A stretch of DNA of 63,746 bases from a virus (lineage: Duplodnaviria > Caudoviricetes), in IMG/VR virus record IMGVR_UViG_3300027985_000695, positions 1-63,746 of that record, one strand, 5' to 3'. The notes under the pieces were generated by a model. That model was not told the DNA's origin and did no database searches. It worked only from the letters and a program-made list of their open reading frames with translations. The position numbers and the translations under genes were made by a program. Shown in pieces: positions 28,301 through 35,457 of the stretch. Within the stretch, counting starts at the first letter, position 1; each line of letters opens with the position of its first letter.

Positions 28301-30502
28301 GGCGAGGCGACGCATGCCTCCCTGAAAGACTACCGCAACGCGATGGGGAAGCTGCCTTTCTACTTCCCGCACAAGCGATACGGCTCGCACTACCTGAAGG
28401 CGACGAATGACAAGGGCGAAACGATCTATCGTGAGCACTTCGACAAGCGCAGCCTGGAAGTTCTCGGTAAGGGCATCGACCAGTTCGTGAAGGACCGCAT
28501 CAAGGCGATCCCGAGCGAGCTCTTGAAGCAGCCCCAGTTCGCGGACACCGACCTCTCAGGAGCGCACTGGGAAGTCCGAAAGGTAAAGAAGCTGCCTGAA
28601 GCCGTGTTCGACACGCCGATACCTGAGCGCGCCATTCAGCAGGTCATCACGCATGGCCTTGACAAGTTCGACGATGAAACGAAAGAGCGACATCGCGAGA
28701 TGCTCATGCAGGCTTTCTCCGACGTGTTCAAACAGCGCGGAGCCGGATCGTCGTTCATCAAGAGACAGAACATCCCCGGATACGAGCGCACGGACGTTCG
28801 CCGCGTGGTCTACGACCATGTTTCCGGCATGTACGGCTACATCACCAAGGCCGACGCCGCCAGGCGCATGACTGCCCACATGTGGAACATTCACGGCGCC
28901 GAAGACCCGGAGCTCTACGAGTACAGCGAGCGGTACGTCAAGGACATGCTTCAGAACGCCGACGTGCATGACAAGCTTGTCTCATGGTGGAAGTCCCTCG
29001 GGTTCGTCGTCTACCTTGGCGCCCGCGTTTCCACCGCCGCGGTGAACCTGACGCAGAACATCATCACAGGCATCCCGGCCCTCGGCATGTACGTCAAATA
29101 CTCGGAGAAGAGCTATTTCGACGCGCTGAAGGACATCACGACGCTTGTCAGGTACTCGCTCACCGGCAAGGCCGAAGGATACCGCAAGGAGTCCGGGCTT
29201 ACCCGCGACGAGTGGACGATGATCCAGAAGCTTTACGCTCAGGGCGACTTGCAGGATCAGTATTTCCGCAGCTTCCAGGCTGAGATGCAGGGCAAGGTGT
29301 CGAGGGCGTGGCACAAGGCCGTCACCTTCATGGGCATACCGATGACCGTGACCGAACGCTTCAACCGCGCATCGTTGGCGCTGGCCGCGTACCGCTCGGC
29401 CAAGAAGGGACACATCACCGACTCGGCCTGGACTACGAAGGTCGGGACCGGGGCATCGTTCAACGAGGATCAGGCCATTGAGTTCTGCAAGATGATAGTG
29501 AACAAAGCGCACTTCATCTACCGCAAGGGCAATGTCCCGCAAGCGATGCGCGGCACGACCGGCGGCAAGTATCTCTCGACCGCATACCAGTTCAGGCGCT
29601 TCACCCACAACATGCTCTCCCTGTGGACTGAGATGTTGCAGAGCGGGCCACGGGGGAGGATTGCGCTGATGAAGTCTCTGGCGGGCCTTATGAGCGTCGG
29701 CGGCCTCGCGTCCATGCCTCTCTATGCGACGTTTATGAATGCCGCGTTCGCCGCAACCGGCGACGACTGGGAGGAGAAACTCAGGAAGATGATGCCGAAG
29801 GATGCCGACGCGATGCGCGACATGCTCATCTACGGGCTTCCGTCGCTTGCCGGCGTGAACCTCTCAGGCTCGATGGCCATCGACCTTCCGTATGTGAGCG
29901 ACACGATGCCGAAGGGCGCTGGCGAAACGTCTGCGCTGGAAATCCTCGGCATCCCGTATGCGTTCCTCGTCGAGCAGCCGCAGAAATTCAACCGCAGCAT
30001 GGAGGCAGGCGAGTATTACCGCGCCTTCACCGAAGACTTCCCGTTCATGCCGATGGCCGCGAGGCAGGTCTTCTCGGCGATTAGGCTCGGGACTGAAGGC
30101 AGTTACACGCGCAGCGGTCGAGAGGTCAGGGCGCCGGGCGAACGCGGCCCCATGAAGCTTGGATTCATGGCCGCGCTCGGCAAGTCACTCGGATTCCAGC
30201 CGACGAGCATGTCCAACGCCTTCAAGGCCAGCGTCAGCGTGCAGAAGTCGAAGGAATTCCTTGATGGCTTCAAGCGCAACCTCGCCGACGAGTATACGAA
30301 TGCGCAGCGGCGCGGAGACAAGGAGGCGATGCTCGACATTCGCCGCCAGGTCAGGGAGTGGAACAAAGAGGCGCGCAGTGAGAAGAAGCCGTATTACGTC
30401 ATCGACCTTTCGGATTCGCTGAGGGCAAGACGCAGGCCGGTGGGAGGCGCGGGCAAGAAATTCCGCAGTCGCGAGAAAGAAGCGCAGGACGCCTACATGT
30501 AA
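22310..30502 (+). CDS. Giant polyvalent virion protein (DarB-like position): DNA adenine methyltransferase + GHKL ATPase + HExxH + PLxRFG-like C-terminus
   Basis: YLGNK/DVFAGS/NDLN/DPPY (about 23960-24880); NEVLQNSIDA, EDNGTGM, GGYGRAK (about 25780-26100); IHEYAH (27320-27337); YFPHKRYG (about 28361). Confidence 0.85.
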   Translation: MPYEPYQDEDPNILDQESAQAAQAVDSKLERLSDVGNGDDEIEYALKMLKGSAPPPETSGDSYFDALGVFGRTLKDLPTHIKASVAQGFYDPEDMTLDRSSWHEKAMDESNAAMEEARRYYDPVLGKNIVPGITAGDILDTGPSVGFSTASMGAYGVGALAGGAVGMPTVGGGAASLFATKEMATGQFNDMLGRALAESAKAEGRNYTQADLQQDVAYFQSEADKYGWYESALETIGNIVMGKTFGAGKEAFSGLLNKVFGEKVGGYLGKNIVTRTLSKLGINTAEELPSETATQIGQGGVEADVANQLRGIGLEMPGWRTEAPGVTQALGEVAAPVAAQTLFTGGLAAGTRGVYDLAKKGMEVSRRADDELATQAANEEAARTIPPKTSPVEMPQPEAAPVEPQGEGFTPVRGALDTMQIVSDPEENARYIAAMKTNLKIADEEDISDRAERLFAEGKSRAEVMTALKQELQAIEEKHGIKPASIINAVVRDRKIPGFESEGRKQWLADMAGYYKSQDAAKPKVEFDEDGVEVAQKDLNHPYGHLRGIPRPMSNYLGNKRSMIQAGAFIGAIADKIKQSNIVDVFAGSSLLSQLVGKQNPNAKRVVNDLNADVFNFHDVARNKPDELMSEVSNSLNKIRSVMSRFNEGGKLAHSEIADLWKEIKTRSEFGDPVQKAAAMALVSGQLGQFGKAKDTVDAESGVQGSQRIIKGEGASKPYAWTASTKSLDNYEETLRQFVADAKNTEVTNKDATEVLNNATADGLYLVDPPYVAGEGKEGVNDYKEGKELTSLEGALSFINGPLKAAHEKGAGLVYTNNFTPELATALRDLGFAVRKVKNLKSQNTGSEAGSRDEIVAYNSAAAGRDVDGQNADARRGDSATAGVRQPDAGGSENVPDGTGPEDVESKPASSDAGVPDAGTRPGDGGRGAAAAGIGEQHTLPGVETAEKQEESPESKPSLAEALEAASDKPARSQEAKNPTEGAPEGEKPATAPPVAPEREAAKNAAEQGEKTTISPAELADAIESGLGDASFVPFRANERRLADAIRNGKTEFNVSKNLSRVIADRLNAAVGKEENVFGGKVTKIEGGAGKRKYAVSRNHGSIVFNEATGAFTHEATAKEEAPDILYSTKGMRLRRDDRRETRQTVRDIVGNSASRTMVNEVLQNSIDALRERFGVDRSSSPKKGDIKIKVVKFFGGNYHFDDAKMNDDVERYDSSIIRFEIEDNGTGMTADDVREKFLKISGEGKDATLLSGGYGRAKLAFLFIPHHWRLETTKNGVTTYVSGNREQMYDGLELDHYSKKEGKERGTKLTLYCYGNGKYAENDPVDPNADLHVPGYNIDAMVKSYVNSLALNVPVEYHESNYYNNDEAAENNNLDAPVKYHEKPSMLQGSALDDRKLFMDPKRDIMINGSRVNIFYVERPEHEVKHAKKYNYAPKFAFSFYNKGIKLHELSFDMQAPDHPPFDIHVNVARTPDTEDAKYPFRDNRRRLQGDFSEKLTDIIRRDVQSFNERIIKMHRDRLKDMYDSSPEFEGVKVLIPYEKKDVESIKDDINRHRFLFEDIAKLFKAFETTIKDAVGEKVVDALKKVGGTQDSEFDNDFEFDISLDEKSHGFRLGKAVAGRPVYALNPFAITKQLMEGNGIYKALIDVEDAIERDAVMKSLMANNLVNTFIHEYAHNFVQSHYESFSSVEDLLHAQIGYGTIAELADQAYQLFDTHQEAIDEITSKKRTRQETDLKLMRNNSLVQSKELAGREDSGLSREGQGEGAAEDSRERRDGVDEGRGDRGSDEPQGPPEFKRDVKNQRDAINKKTAGIFKTKAIPRVKDFLSTVLNPQTVEERRFVKAGDQMATIYTDRSFGPLRRAIALPSAVARKFPDLFKPLMDIQAFREDTHQEYITDAFKNLEQMMNLKGQDADRLVNVIHDLDGNFDAYKEFGVKWFKEAGDGTMEANDEFYEKLPDFLRERYPKMSDASINSFVAIQQELTKTFITVHNNAHQVGGEATHASLKDYRNAMGKLPFYFPHKRYGSHYLKATNDKGETIYREHFDKRSLEVLGKGIDQFVKDRIKAIPSELLKQPQFADTDLSGAHWEVRKVKKLPEAVFDTPIPERAIQQVITHGLDKFDDETKERHREMLMQAFSDVFKQRGAGSSFIKRQNIPGYERTDVRRVVYDHVSGMYGYITKADAARRMTAHMWNIHGAEDPELYEYSERYVKDMLQNADVHDKLVSWWKSLGFVVYLGARVSTAAVNLTQNIITGIPALGMYVKYSEKSYFDALKDITTLVRYSLTGKAEGYRKESGLTRDEWTMIQKLYAQGDLQDQYFRSFQAEMQGKVSRAWHKAVTFMGIPMTVTERFNRASLALAAYRSAKKGHITDSAWTTKVGTGASFNEDQAIEFCKMIVNKAHFIYRKGNVPQAMRGTTGGKYLSTAYQFRRFTHNMLSLWTEMLQSGPRGRIALMKSLAGLMSVGGLASMPLYATFMNAAFAATGDDWEEKLRKMMPKDADAMRDMLIYGLPSLAGVNLSGSMAIDLPYVSDTMPKGAGETSALEILGIPYAFLVEQPQKFNRSMEAGEYYRAFTEDFPFMPMAARQVFSAIRLGTEGSYTRSGREVRAPGERGPMKLGFMAALGKSLGFQPTSMSNAFKASVSVQKSKEFLDGFKRNLADEYTNAQRRGDKEAMLDIRRQVREWNKEARSEKKPYYVIDLSDSLRARRRPVGGAGKKFRSREKEAQDAYM
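24867..25139 (+). CDS. Candidate overprinted small gene nested in the +1 frame of the giant gene
   Basis: GGAG RBS upstream; G/C-ending codon bias moves into this frame while the host frame becomes low-complexity. Confidence 0.55.
   Translation: MKSSPTTQQPQAGMLMDRMQMLGEGTVPPQVFDSLTPEDQRTFLTEPDPKMWSPSLQAAMQEYLTLERDPEMEDEEPQPQASESSIPSPA
27471..27707 (+). CDS. Second candidate overprinted small gene in the +1 frame of the giant gene
   Basis: AGGAGG 6 nt before ATG 27471; GC3 bias in this frame over its 3' half. Confidence 0.5.
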   Translation: MKSRPKSEQDKRQTLNSCATTLLFSPRNSLDEKILDYHAKDKEKARQKIHENGGMESMKDAVIAEAMNRKARLSSSAT

Positions 30503-30504
30503 AC

Positions 30505-30541
30505 AAAAAGGCGCTGAAGCTTGTTGCTTCAGCGCCTTTTC
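30505..30541. terminator. Bidirectional intrinsic terminator between convergent blocks
   Basis: AAAAAGGCGCTGAAGC-TTGTT-GCTTCAGCGCCTTTT. Confidence 0.85.
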
Positions 30542-30554
30542 TGCAAGATGCCTC

Positions 30555-30791
30555 TCAGCAGCCGAACACGCCGTCCTTGTCGAAAAACGCCGTGATGAGT
30601 AGATACCCATCGGCGCAATCCTGAATTACAGCCACGACGCCGTTATGGATGGCTTTGAACCTGAATATTCCATCCTTGTACTTCCCGTCAGTGTACCACA
30701 GGCCGTTGTGTAGCGACTTCCTGACGCTGCCCATGGAGATGTTGCGCCTCTCCATCGCCTTCCTCGCGTGGTCTGAGACTATGAGCTTCAT
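30555..30791 (-). CDS. DUF4258-like small protein
   Basis: MKLIVSDHARKAMERRNIS...LLITAF pattern. Confidence 0.65.
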   Translation of the reverse strand: MKLIVSDHARKAMERRNISMGSVRKSLHNGLWYTDGKYKDGIFRFKAIHNGVVAVIQDCADGYLLITAFFDKDGVFGC

Positions 30792-31171
30792 TTGACGCAA
30801 GCCCCCTCTATCTCGCCGTCGCTCTTGAAGCACCTGTATCCTGGGGCGCAGTCAACGTCGAACGAGCACGTATCGCCGTATGGACGATCATACGGCGAAG
30901 ACGGGTACGCATCGTTGTCGTTGCCGGGCCATATGCCTCCGACGCATGCGCCACCAAGGCCGTCAATCTGCAAACACTCGCTGCCGATGGCGCAGTCCGC
31001 GTCTGTTACGCACCCCTCCGCATCATCGACAGACGAGGCAACCACCAGGCACGCCAAGGCAGCAATGAATATGGCAATCTTCAACACCCTGTTGTTGTCG
31101 TCGATGTCTATTTCAAACTTATACATCGCGACGACTATTGCGCTGAGTATAGCGATTGTGAACAGTATCAT
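30788..31171 (-). CDS. Membrane-anchored Cys-rich protein
   Basis: Two hydrophobic segments, then two C-x2-D-x-DC-x2-G-x2-C...G.C repeats. Confidence 0.7.
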   Translation of the reverse strand: MILFTIAILSAIVVAMYKFEIDIDDNNRVLKIAIFIAALACLVVASSVDDAEGCVTDADCAIGSECLQIDGLGGACVGGIWPGNDNDAYPSSPYDRPYGDTCSFDVDCAPGYRCFKSDGEIEGACVK

Positions 31172-31704
31172 TTCACGCCTCCAGATGGTGTTTCTTTAAT
31201 GTTGACGCCAAGGTCTTTAAGTACGGCAGAAAGCATCTTTATAATGGAAGCGTTCTGCTTAATAATGACATTATTCTGAGACTGCATAGTTTCAATGTTG
31301 CGTTCGATGCGCTGTGTGTCAGACTTGTCAAGATGGATCAAGCTGCCCTGAACAGACGCTCCGGCATCGACGCTCTCCCTCCTTGCCGCTTCTTCACGGG
31401 CTGCAACCACCTTGGCGTCAAGCACTTTGTGCAGTTCCTCAACAAAGCGGCTGCGCGTTTCTTCAGTGACGACGCCTCCGCTGTACAAGACCTTTCCGCC
31501 CCTTCCTGAGTTGACTGCAAGCTTTGCGTTGACAAGCGCCGTGATGAACGTGTGCGTGTTAGCGCCTGCATCCGATGCGGCATCGGCAGCCGACTTATCC
31601 GGGTCTTGGCTGAGCGACGCTGCATATAATGCAGTCACAGCCCTATTTACTGCATTGATTCGCTTCTTACTGCTTCTGAGTTCTACGTCTACCTCATTGC
31701 TCAT
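31168..31704 (-). CDS. Hypothetical protein
   Basis: 178-aa ORF with overlapping start/stop junctions. Confidence 0.7.
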   Translation of the reverse strand: MSNEVDVELRSSKKRINAVNRAVTALYAASLSQDPDKSAADAASDAGANTHTFITALVNAKLAVNSGRGGKVLYSGGVVTEETRSRFVEELHKVLDAKVVAAREEAARRESVDAGASVQGSLIHLDKSDTQRIERNIETMQSQNNVIIKQNASIIKMLSAVLKDLGVNIKETPSGGVK

Positions 31705-32701
31705 GGTTAGCCCCCTGTAGTAACATTTCGGTTTTTACGATTGCCGCAAGAATCATTGCAGCTACTTGCGGAACTATGGCGTTCCCGTATCCTCTAATCT
31801 GGCCCACCCTTCCGGGTATCCCATTAGCCAGCAGGGGAAGTCCGGGTTTAATCCGCCGCACCTTGCCATCGGCGCACCAGATGCGTCCGGTTCGATGCCA
31901 TGATGAACGGCCTTCGCCATAACCTGCAAATCCGTAATTGCTTTCCGCGTCCCTCCTTTCATGTTGCGTTTCATCTCCATGTGTGCAGCCGGCGACTTCC
32001 CGTCCGGCTGTGCCGTCGGCGTAGGCCAGACCGCAAACTGCGCCTGAGTCGCCAAGCCGTCGCCAGAGTTGGCCGACGCCCCCTTGCGGTTGTAGTTTCC
32101 GCAAACGCTCGGAGTTGACCATGCCGCCATGTGCATCACAAAGTCGTTCAGTTGAAGCCCGAACGCCCCCTCGCGCCTCTTCTCCAGCGACTCCTCCGAC
32201 CTCGCGCCCCTGTAATCCCTCGCCAGCGGAGTGGGCCAGAACCCAAACTCGTTCGCGGATATGCGGGGCATCGACGGCGCAAGCCGGAACAATAAGCGGC
32301 CTTGCGGAGTAACCTGAATCCTCCAAGTCAAGAAGAACTCCATCGAGGCCCAGAGTGACGTGTCCAACAACATTTTCACACACGACCCAAGAGGGCCGTG
32401 CAGCCCTGATAACCCTGAGCATTTCCGGCCAGAGCCAGCGGTCATCGCTCTCGCCCTCTCGCCGCCCGGCAAGGGACGTCGGTTGGCACGGGTATCCTCC
32501 GGTAACAAGTCCAAAAGACTGGTCTGGTTCATAAGTAGTGATGTCCTCATGTATTGGAATGCCGCTGAAGTTCTTACGCAGTATGGATTGCGCGTTCGGG
32601 TCGCACTCTACAAATTGCAGCGTGTCGATGTGGCCTACCATCTTTGCGGCGAGAGCGAAGCCTCCGATGCCGCTGAATAGGTCGAGATGCGTAATAATCA
32701 C
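31694..32701 (-). CDS. dcm: DNA (cytosine-5) methyltransferase, large (alpha) polypeptide
   Basis: LDLFSGIGG (motif I), GGYPCQ (IV), CENV (VI), APHIRERVWV (VIII), YGNAIVPQVA (X). Confidence 0.9.
   Translation of the reverse strand: MIITHLDLFSGIGGFALAAKMVGHIDTLQFVECDPNAQSILRKNFSGIPIHEDITTYEPDQSFGLVTGGYPCQPTSLAGRREGESDDRWLWPEMLRVIRAARPSWVVCENVVGHVTLGLDGVLLDLEDSGYSARPLIVPACAVDAPHIRERVWVLAHSAGEGLQGREVGGVAGEEARGGVRASTERLCDAHGGMVNSERLRKLQPQGGVGQLWRRLGDSGAVCGLAYADGTAGREVAGCTHGDETQHERRDAESNYGFAGYGEGRSSWHRTGRIWCADGKVRRIKPGLPLLANGIPGRVGQIRGYGNAIVPQVAAMILAAIVKTEMLLQGANHEQ
31774..32550 (-). CDS. Alternative-frame (beta) polypeptide of the C5 methyltransferase, nested inside dcm; exact start uncertain
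   Basis: Repeated WPTP/WSTP units and motif IX-like LNPDFPCWLMGYPEGW, which the alpha frame lacks. Confidence 0.75.
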   Translation of the reverse strand: MRTSLLMNQTSLLDLLPEDTRANRRPLPGGERARAMTAGSGRKCSGLSGLHGPLGSCVKMLLDTSLWASMEFFLTWRIQVTPQGRLLFRLAPSMPRISANEFGFWPTPLARDYRGARSEESLEKRREGAFGLQLNDFVMHMAAWSTPSVCGNYNRKGASANSGDGLATQAQFAVWPTPTAQPDGKSPAAHMEMKRNMKGGTRKAITDLQVMAKAVHHGIEPDASGAPMARCGGLNPDFPCWLMGYPEGWARLEDTGTP

Positions 32702-32716
32702 GCAGTTAGCCCCCAG

Positions 32717-33187
32717 TTAATCATCCATTAATGTTTTACTGTATTCCCATCGAATCTTTTTTGCGGTGTATATATTTCTCTTAACTCTTTCGCGTCCATT
32801 TCCATCCCATTGCCTATTTTTTCCACCAGCTACTCTAGCGGCTTGTTTCCAGCCTGCACCCTTTAGCGATGCGCCTGATTCACTATTGAGTGTGTACGTA
32901 ACCATACGATTGCCACCCATTGCGAACCATGCCCTTTGACATGCGGAATACAGCTTTGAGCATGCGCCTTTAGGTGCGTGTTCAAGCACGCATACCCTAG
33001 TGACTTCACCGCACAGTCCGTCGTCTATCGCTCTAGCTACAGGGCGTCCAACAACAGCAACTCCGATAAGCTCGCTTTCATACACCAACCCTATGGCAAA
33101 CCTGCATCCTCGCGTTGGGTTACTGTGTCTATGATAGCGCGATATAAAGTCGTTTGCAGTTTTAAGTGTTACCGGAACTATCTTCAC
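32717..33187 (-). CDS. XF1762-family protein (GNAT-like)
   Basis: ANDFISRYHRH..GCRFAIG..GVAVVGRPVAR..EVTR.C..ACSKLY..TYTL..ESGASLKGAGW; visibly AT-rich. Confidence 0.8.
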   Translation of the reverse strand: MKIVPVTLKTANDFISRYHRHSNPTRGCRFAIGLVYESELIGVAVVGRPVARAIDDGLCGEVTRVCVLEHAPKGACSKLYSACQRAWFAMGGNRMVTYTLNSESGASLKGAGWKQAARVAGGKNRQWDGNGRERVKRNIYTAKKIRWEYSKTLMDD

Positions 33188-33687
33188 GCAGTCAACACCT
33201 CAATGAATGCTTCCCCTGTGGCTCCGCCGCTGTCCATGTGCTCTCGCTCGGAGAGGTCCGGGTCGTAGTCCTCATACAGTTTGATGAGGCCTAGCAGCGC
33301 GTCGTTCCACAGGATGAGGCGGCGCTGGTTGTTCGCAGGAAGCTGGTCAACGAGGTCGGAGACTACGAGAATGACCGCCGACAGGAAGTCTCTCGCGTCG
33401 ATGTGATCCCCGTACCGCGTTTGTATGATGCGCTTGAGCATCATTAGCGGGCGCTGGTAGGCGATGGTTTCCTTGACGTCGAGGACGAACCTGCCATGAC
33501 CGTCCGTTCTTCCGTAGGCGTATTTAGCCGCCTCGGACGCGCTTGAGTCGATGACGACAAGCATGTTTTCGATGTCTTTCGGGATGTCCATCTTCGCCTC
33601 TTCATACGCCCCGCGACATGCGTCTACGGCGCCGCGAACAAGGTCGGCGGTAAGCAGTTGCCGCCGCTGCGATCTCGACATTTTCAT
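33184..33687 (-). CDS. Hypothetical protein
   Basis: 167-aa ORF with typical codon usage. Confidence 0.7.
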   Translation of the reverse strand: MKMSRSQRRQLLTADLVRGAVDACRGAYEEAKMDIPKDIENMLVVIDSSASEAAKYAYGRTDGHGRFVLDVKETIAYQRPLMMLKRIIQTRYGDHIDARDFLSAVILVVSDLVDQLPANNQRRLILWNDALLGLIKLYEDYDPDLSEREHMDSGGATGEAFIEVLTA

Positions 33688-33754
33688 TTATAATGCCTCC
33701 ATATTGCAACGACGACAACCGCCGCCAGGACTGCGTAGAATACGACGTAGCCGC

Positions 33755-35065
33755 TCACTCGGAACGCTCCGACTCGTTGATGAACCTGAACACGTTCTCG
33801 GAGAAGCCGTCGATGTGCGTCCACGCTCCGTAGCCGACGCCGTTCTCGTAGCTGGCCACGTTGATGATGTACGCATCCTTGGCATACGGATCCGGAACTC
33901 GGTCGTCCGTGATGACGATGATTCTGTCATGCTCGACCTTGTTCATGTCTGACACCGTCTTGCCAAGGTACGTAGCGTTGTGGTCGGTTGCGCGCATGAT
34001 CGTGTCGCCGAGAGGGAATCCGCGGTGAGGCGCAACGACCCTGTGGAATGTCGAGAAGGCGACGATCATGCATTCCTCGCAAATCTCCCTCGCGATCATG
34101 GCGAGGGCGCAGGCGGCATGGATTCGCTCCATGTCGCTCTTGGCCGACACCTTGGTTTGGTACATGGACCCGGAGTTGTCCACGACGATGATCGTCTTGC
34201 CGGGGAGTTTCGGCATGTCGAAACAGCACGAGAACAGCTTTTTCTCAAGAGCGTCGAGGACGATGCTCGACTGCGTGTATGAGGCGGCTGCGACGAACCT
34301 GAAGGGCAGGACGCGGGATGCGTTCATGTCCTCGATTGCGCCGGCGATCTTCTTGGGCGGAACATCGACGAGATGCATATTCCTGATGTTCCTGAGCACC
34401 GCCAGGCCGCCGAGCTTCTTCTCGTCGATCAGTCGCTCCCAGACCTCGCGCTTTTCTTCATCGCTTTTGCACTGCGACAAGCCGACCTCCCACGTGTCGG
34501 GAACGGCAAGCTTGTCGTCGAGCAGCTTTCCGAAAATATCGCTCTGGGCGACGTCTTTCGGCCTCGGATGAATCAGAAGCATGGCGTCCTTGAGCGTGAT
34601 CTCGCGCTTGCGATTGTATTTCGCAAGCTGGTACTCGCTGAACTTGTTGAAGGCGTCGCCGAGGCCGCGCTTCACGCATGCGGCGATGGGAGTCTTCCCG
34701 TCCTGCCAGTACATGGCCATGAACTCGGTGATCTCGTCGGGGCGCCCTATGATGTTGGCTAGGAGGTCGGCGACCAGATGGCGGGCATCCTTGCGGCGAA
34801 CGAGCTCGCGCGCCAGGAGAAGCGGAACGTGGCGCAGCTTGAAGTCGTACCGCGCTTCGATGGCGAGGTCGGCCACCTTCGACGGCTCAACGGACGCGCA
34901 CAGCGTCTTTATACGGTCGGCGATGCTCACGCCGTCCTCGTAGAACTGGTTTTCCCACAGGAGGCACGCGGACACCGTTCGGCGCAGTTGACGATATCCG
35001 TCGAGAATGACGGCCTTGGCGCCCTCATGGGTGTTCGGCTTCTTTTTCGCTTTGTTCAATCGCAT
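33755..35065 (-). CDS. rsr: Ro60-family TROVE + vWA RNA-binding protein
   Basis: THEGAKA..QLRRTVSACLLWENQFYE, FSEYQLAKYNR, TWEV.LS, LRNIRNM, SRVLPFRFVAA, MIDAS DNSGSM; RBS AAGGAG 7 nt before ATG 35065. Confidence 0.92.
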   Translation of the reverse strand: MRLNKAKKKPNTHEGAKAVILDGYRQLRRTVSACLLWENQFYEDGVSIADRIKTLCASVEPSKVADLAIEARYDFKLRHVPLLLARELVRRKDARHLVADLLANIIGRPDEITEFMAMYWQDGKTPIAACVKRGLGDAFNKFSEYQLAKYNRKREITLKDAMLLIHPRPKDVAQSDIFGKLLDDKLAVPDTWEVGLSQCKSDEEKREVWERLIDEKKLGGLAVLRNIRNMHLVDVPPKKIAGAIEDMNASRVLPFRFVAAASYTQSSIVLDALEKKLFSCCFDMPKLPGKTIIVVDNSGSMYQTKVSAKSDMERIHAACALAMIAREICEECMIVAFSTFHRVVAPHRGFPLGDTIMRATDHNATYLGKTVSDMNKVEHDRIIVITDDRVPDPYAKDAYIINVASYENGVGYGAWTHIDGFSENVFRFINESERSE

Positions 35066-35087
35066 GTCCATGCTCCTTTGAAGCCCC

Positions 35088-35130
35088 AAAATAAAAGGAC
35101 GCCACACGGGGGCTAGTCGTGTGGCGTCCT
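35088..35130 (-). terminator. Intrinsic terminator between the Y RNAs and the Ro60 gene
   Basis: Minus strand AGGACGCCACACG-ACTAGCCCC-CGTGTGGCGTCCT followed by TTTATTTT. Confidence 0.7.
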
Positions 35131-35138
35131 ATGAAAAA

Positions 35139-35201
35139 CCGGGGAAAAAGCGCGGCGGGTGTAGTTTCGACCAATGAAGTAACCCGACGCAACGCCACCG
35201 G
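35139..35201 (-). ncRNA. Short Y-RNA-like RNA 3
   Basis: 5' GGTGGCGTTGCGTCGGGTTACTTC motif shared with the two upstream RNAs; 5' and 3' ends pair (CCGG). Confidence 0.7.
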
Positions 35202-35212
35202 AAATGTCAAAA

Positions 35213-35296
35213 GCAGGGGAAGGGATCGCACCGGGATGCTCAGGTCTCAGACCTGATTTCATTATGAGTGAAGTAGCCCGACGCTTCGCCACCTGC
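35213..35296 (-). ncRNA. Y-RNA-like RNA 2
   Basis: GCAGG/CCTGC terminal stem; GGTGGCGAAGCGTCGGGCTACTTC motif; hairpins TTCA-CTCATAA-TGAA and TCAGGTC..GACCTGA. Confidence 0.75.
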
Positions 35297-35310
35297 ATTG
35301 ATGGCATGAT

Positions 35311-35451
35311 AGAAGGAGGTAAATGACGGAGCGGGGAACAGGTTGCTCTAACAGACTGAGCTATTGCGTGTTCGTTGGTCACGCAAGTGGGATTTGAACC
35401 CACGACCCACCGCTTAACAGGCGAAGTAACCCGCACCTGCGCCATCCTTCT
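35311..35451 (-). ncRNA. yrlA: YrlA-type Y RNA with a circularly permuted tRNA-like domain
   Basis: AGAAGGA/TCCTTCT terminal stem, GGGTTACTTC motif, CGC-CTGTTAA-GCG, T arm GTGGG-TTCAAAT-CCCAC, closed acceptor stem TTGCGTG-ACCAACGAA-CACGCAA, then D arm GCTC-AGTCTGTTA-GAGC. Confidence 0.88.
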
Positions 35452-35457
35452 TTTCAT

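Noticed and set aside
35340-35425. Canonical tRNA-Asn gene
   Set aside because: The arms are in permuted order (T arm before D arm) inside a Ro-binding stem, which fits a YrlA-type Y RNA better.
35139-35451. CRISPR array (three recurring GAAGTA(A/G)CCCG motifs)
   Set aside because: The repeats are short and imperfect, spacing is uneven, there are no cas genes, and each unit folds as a separate RNA.
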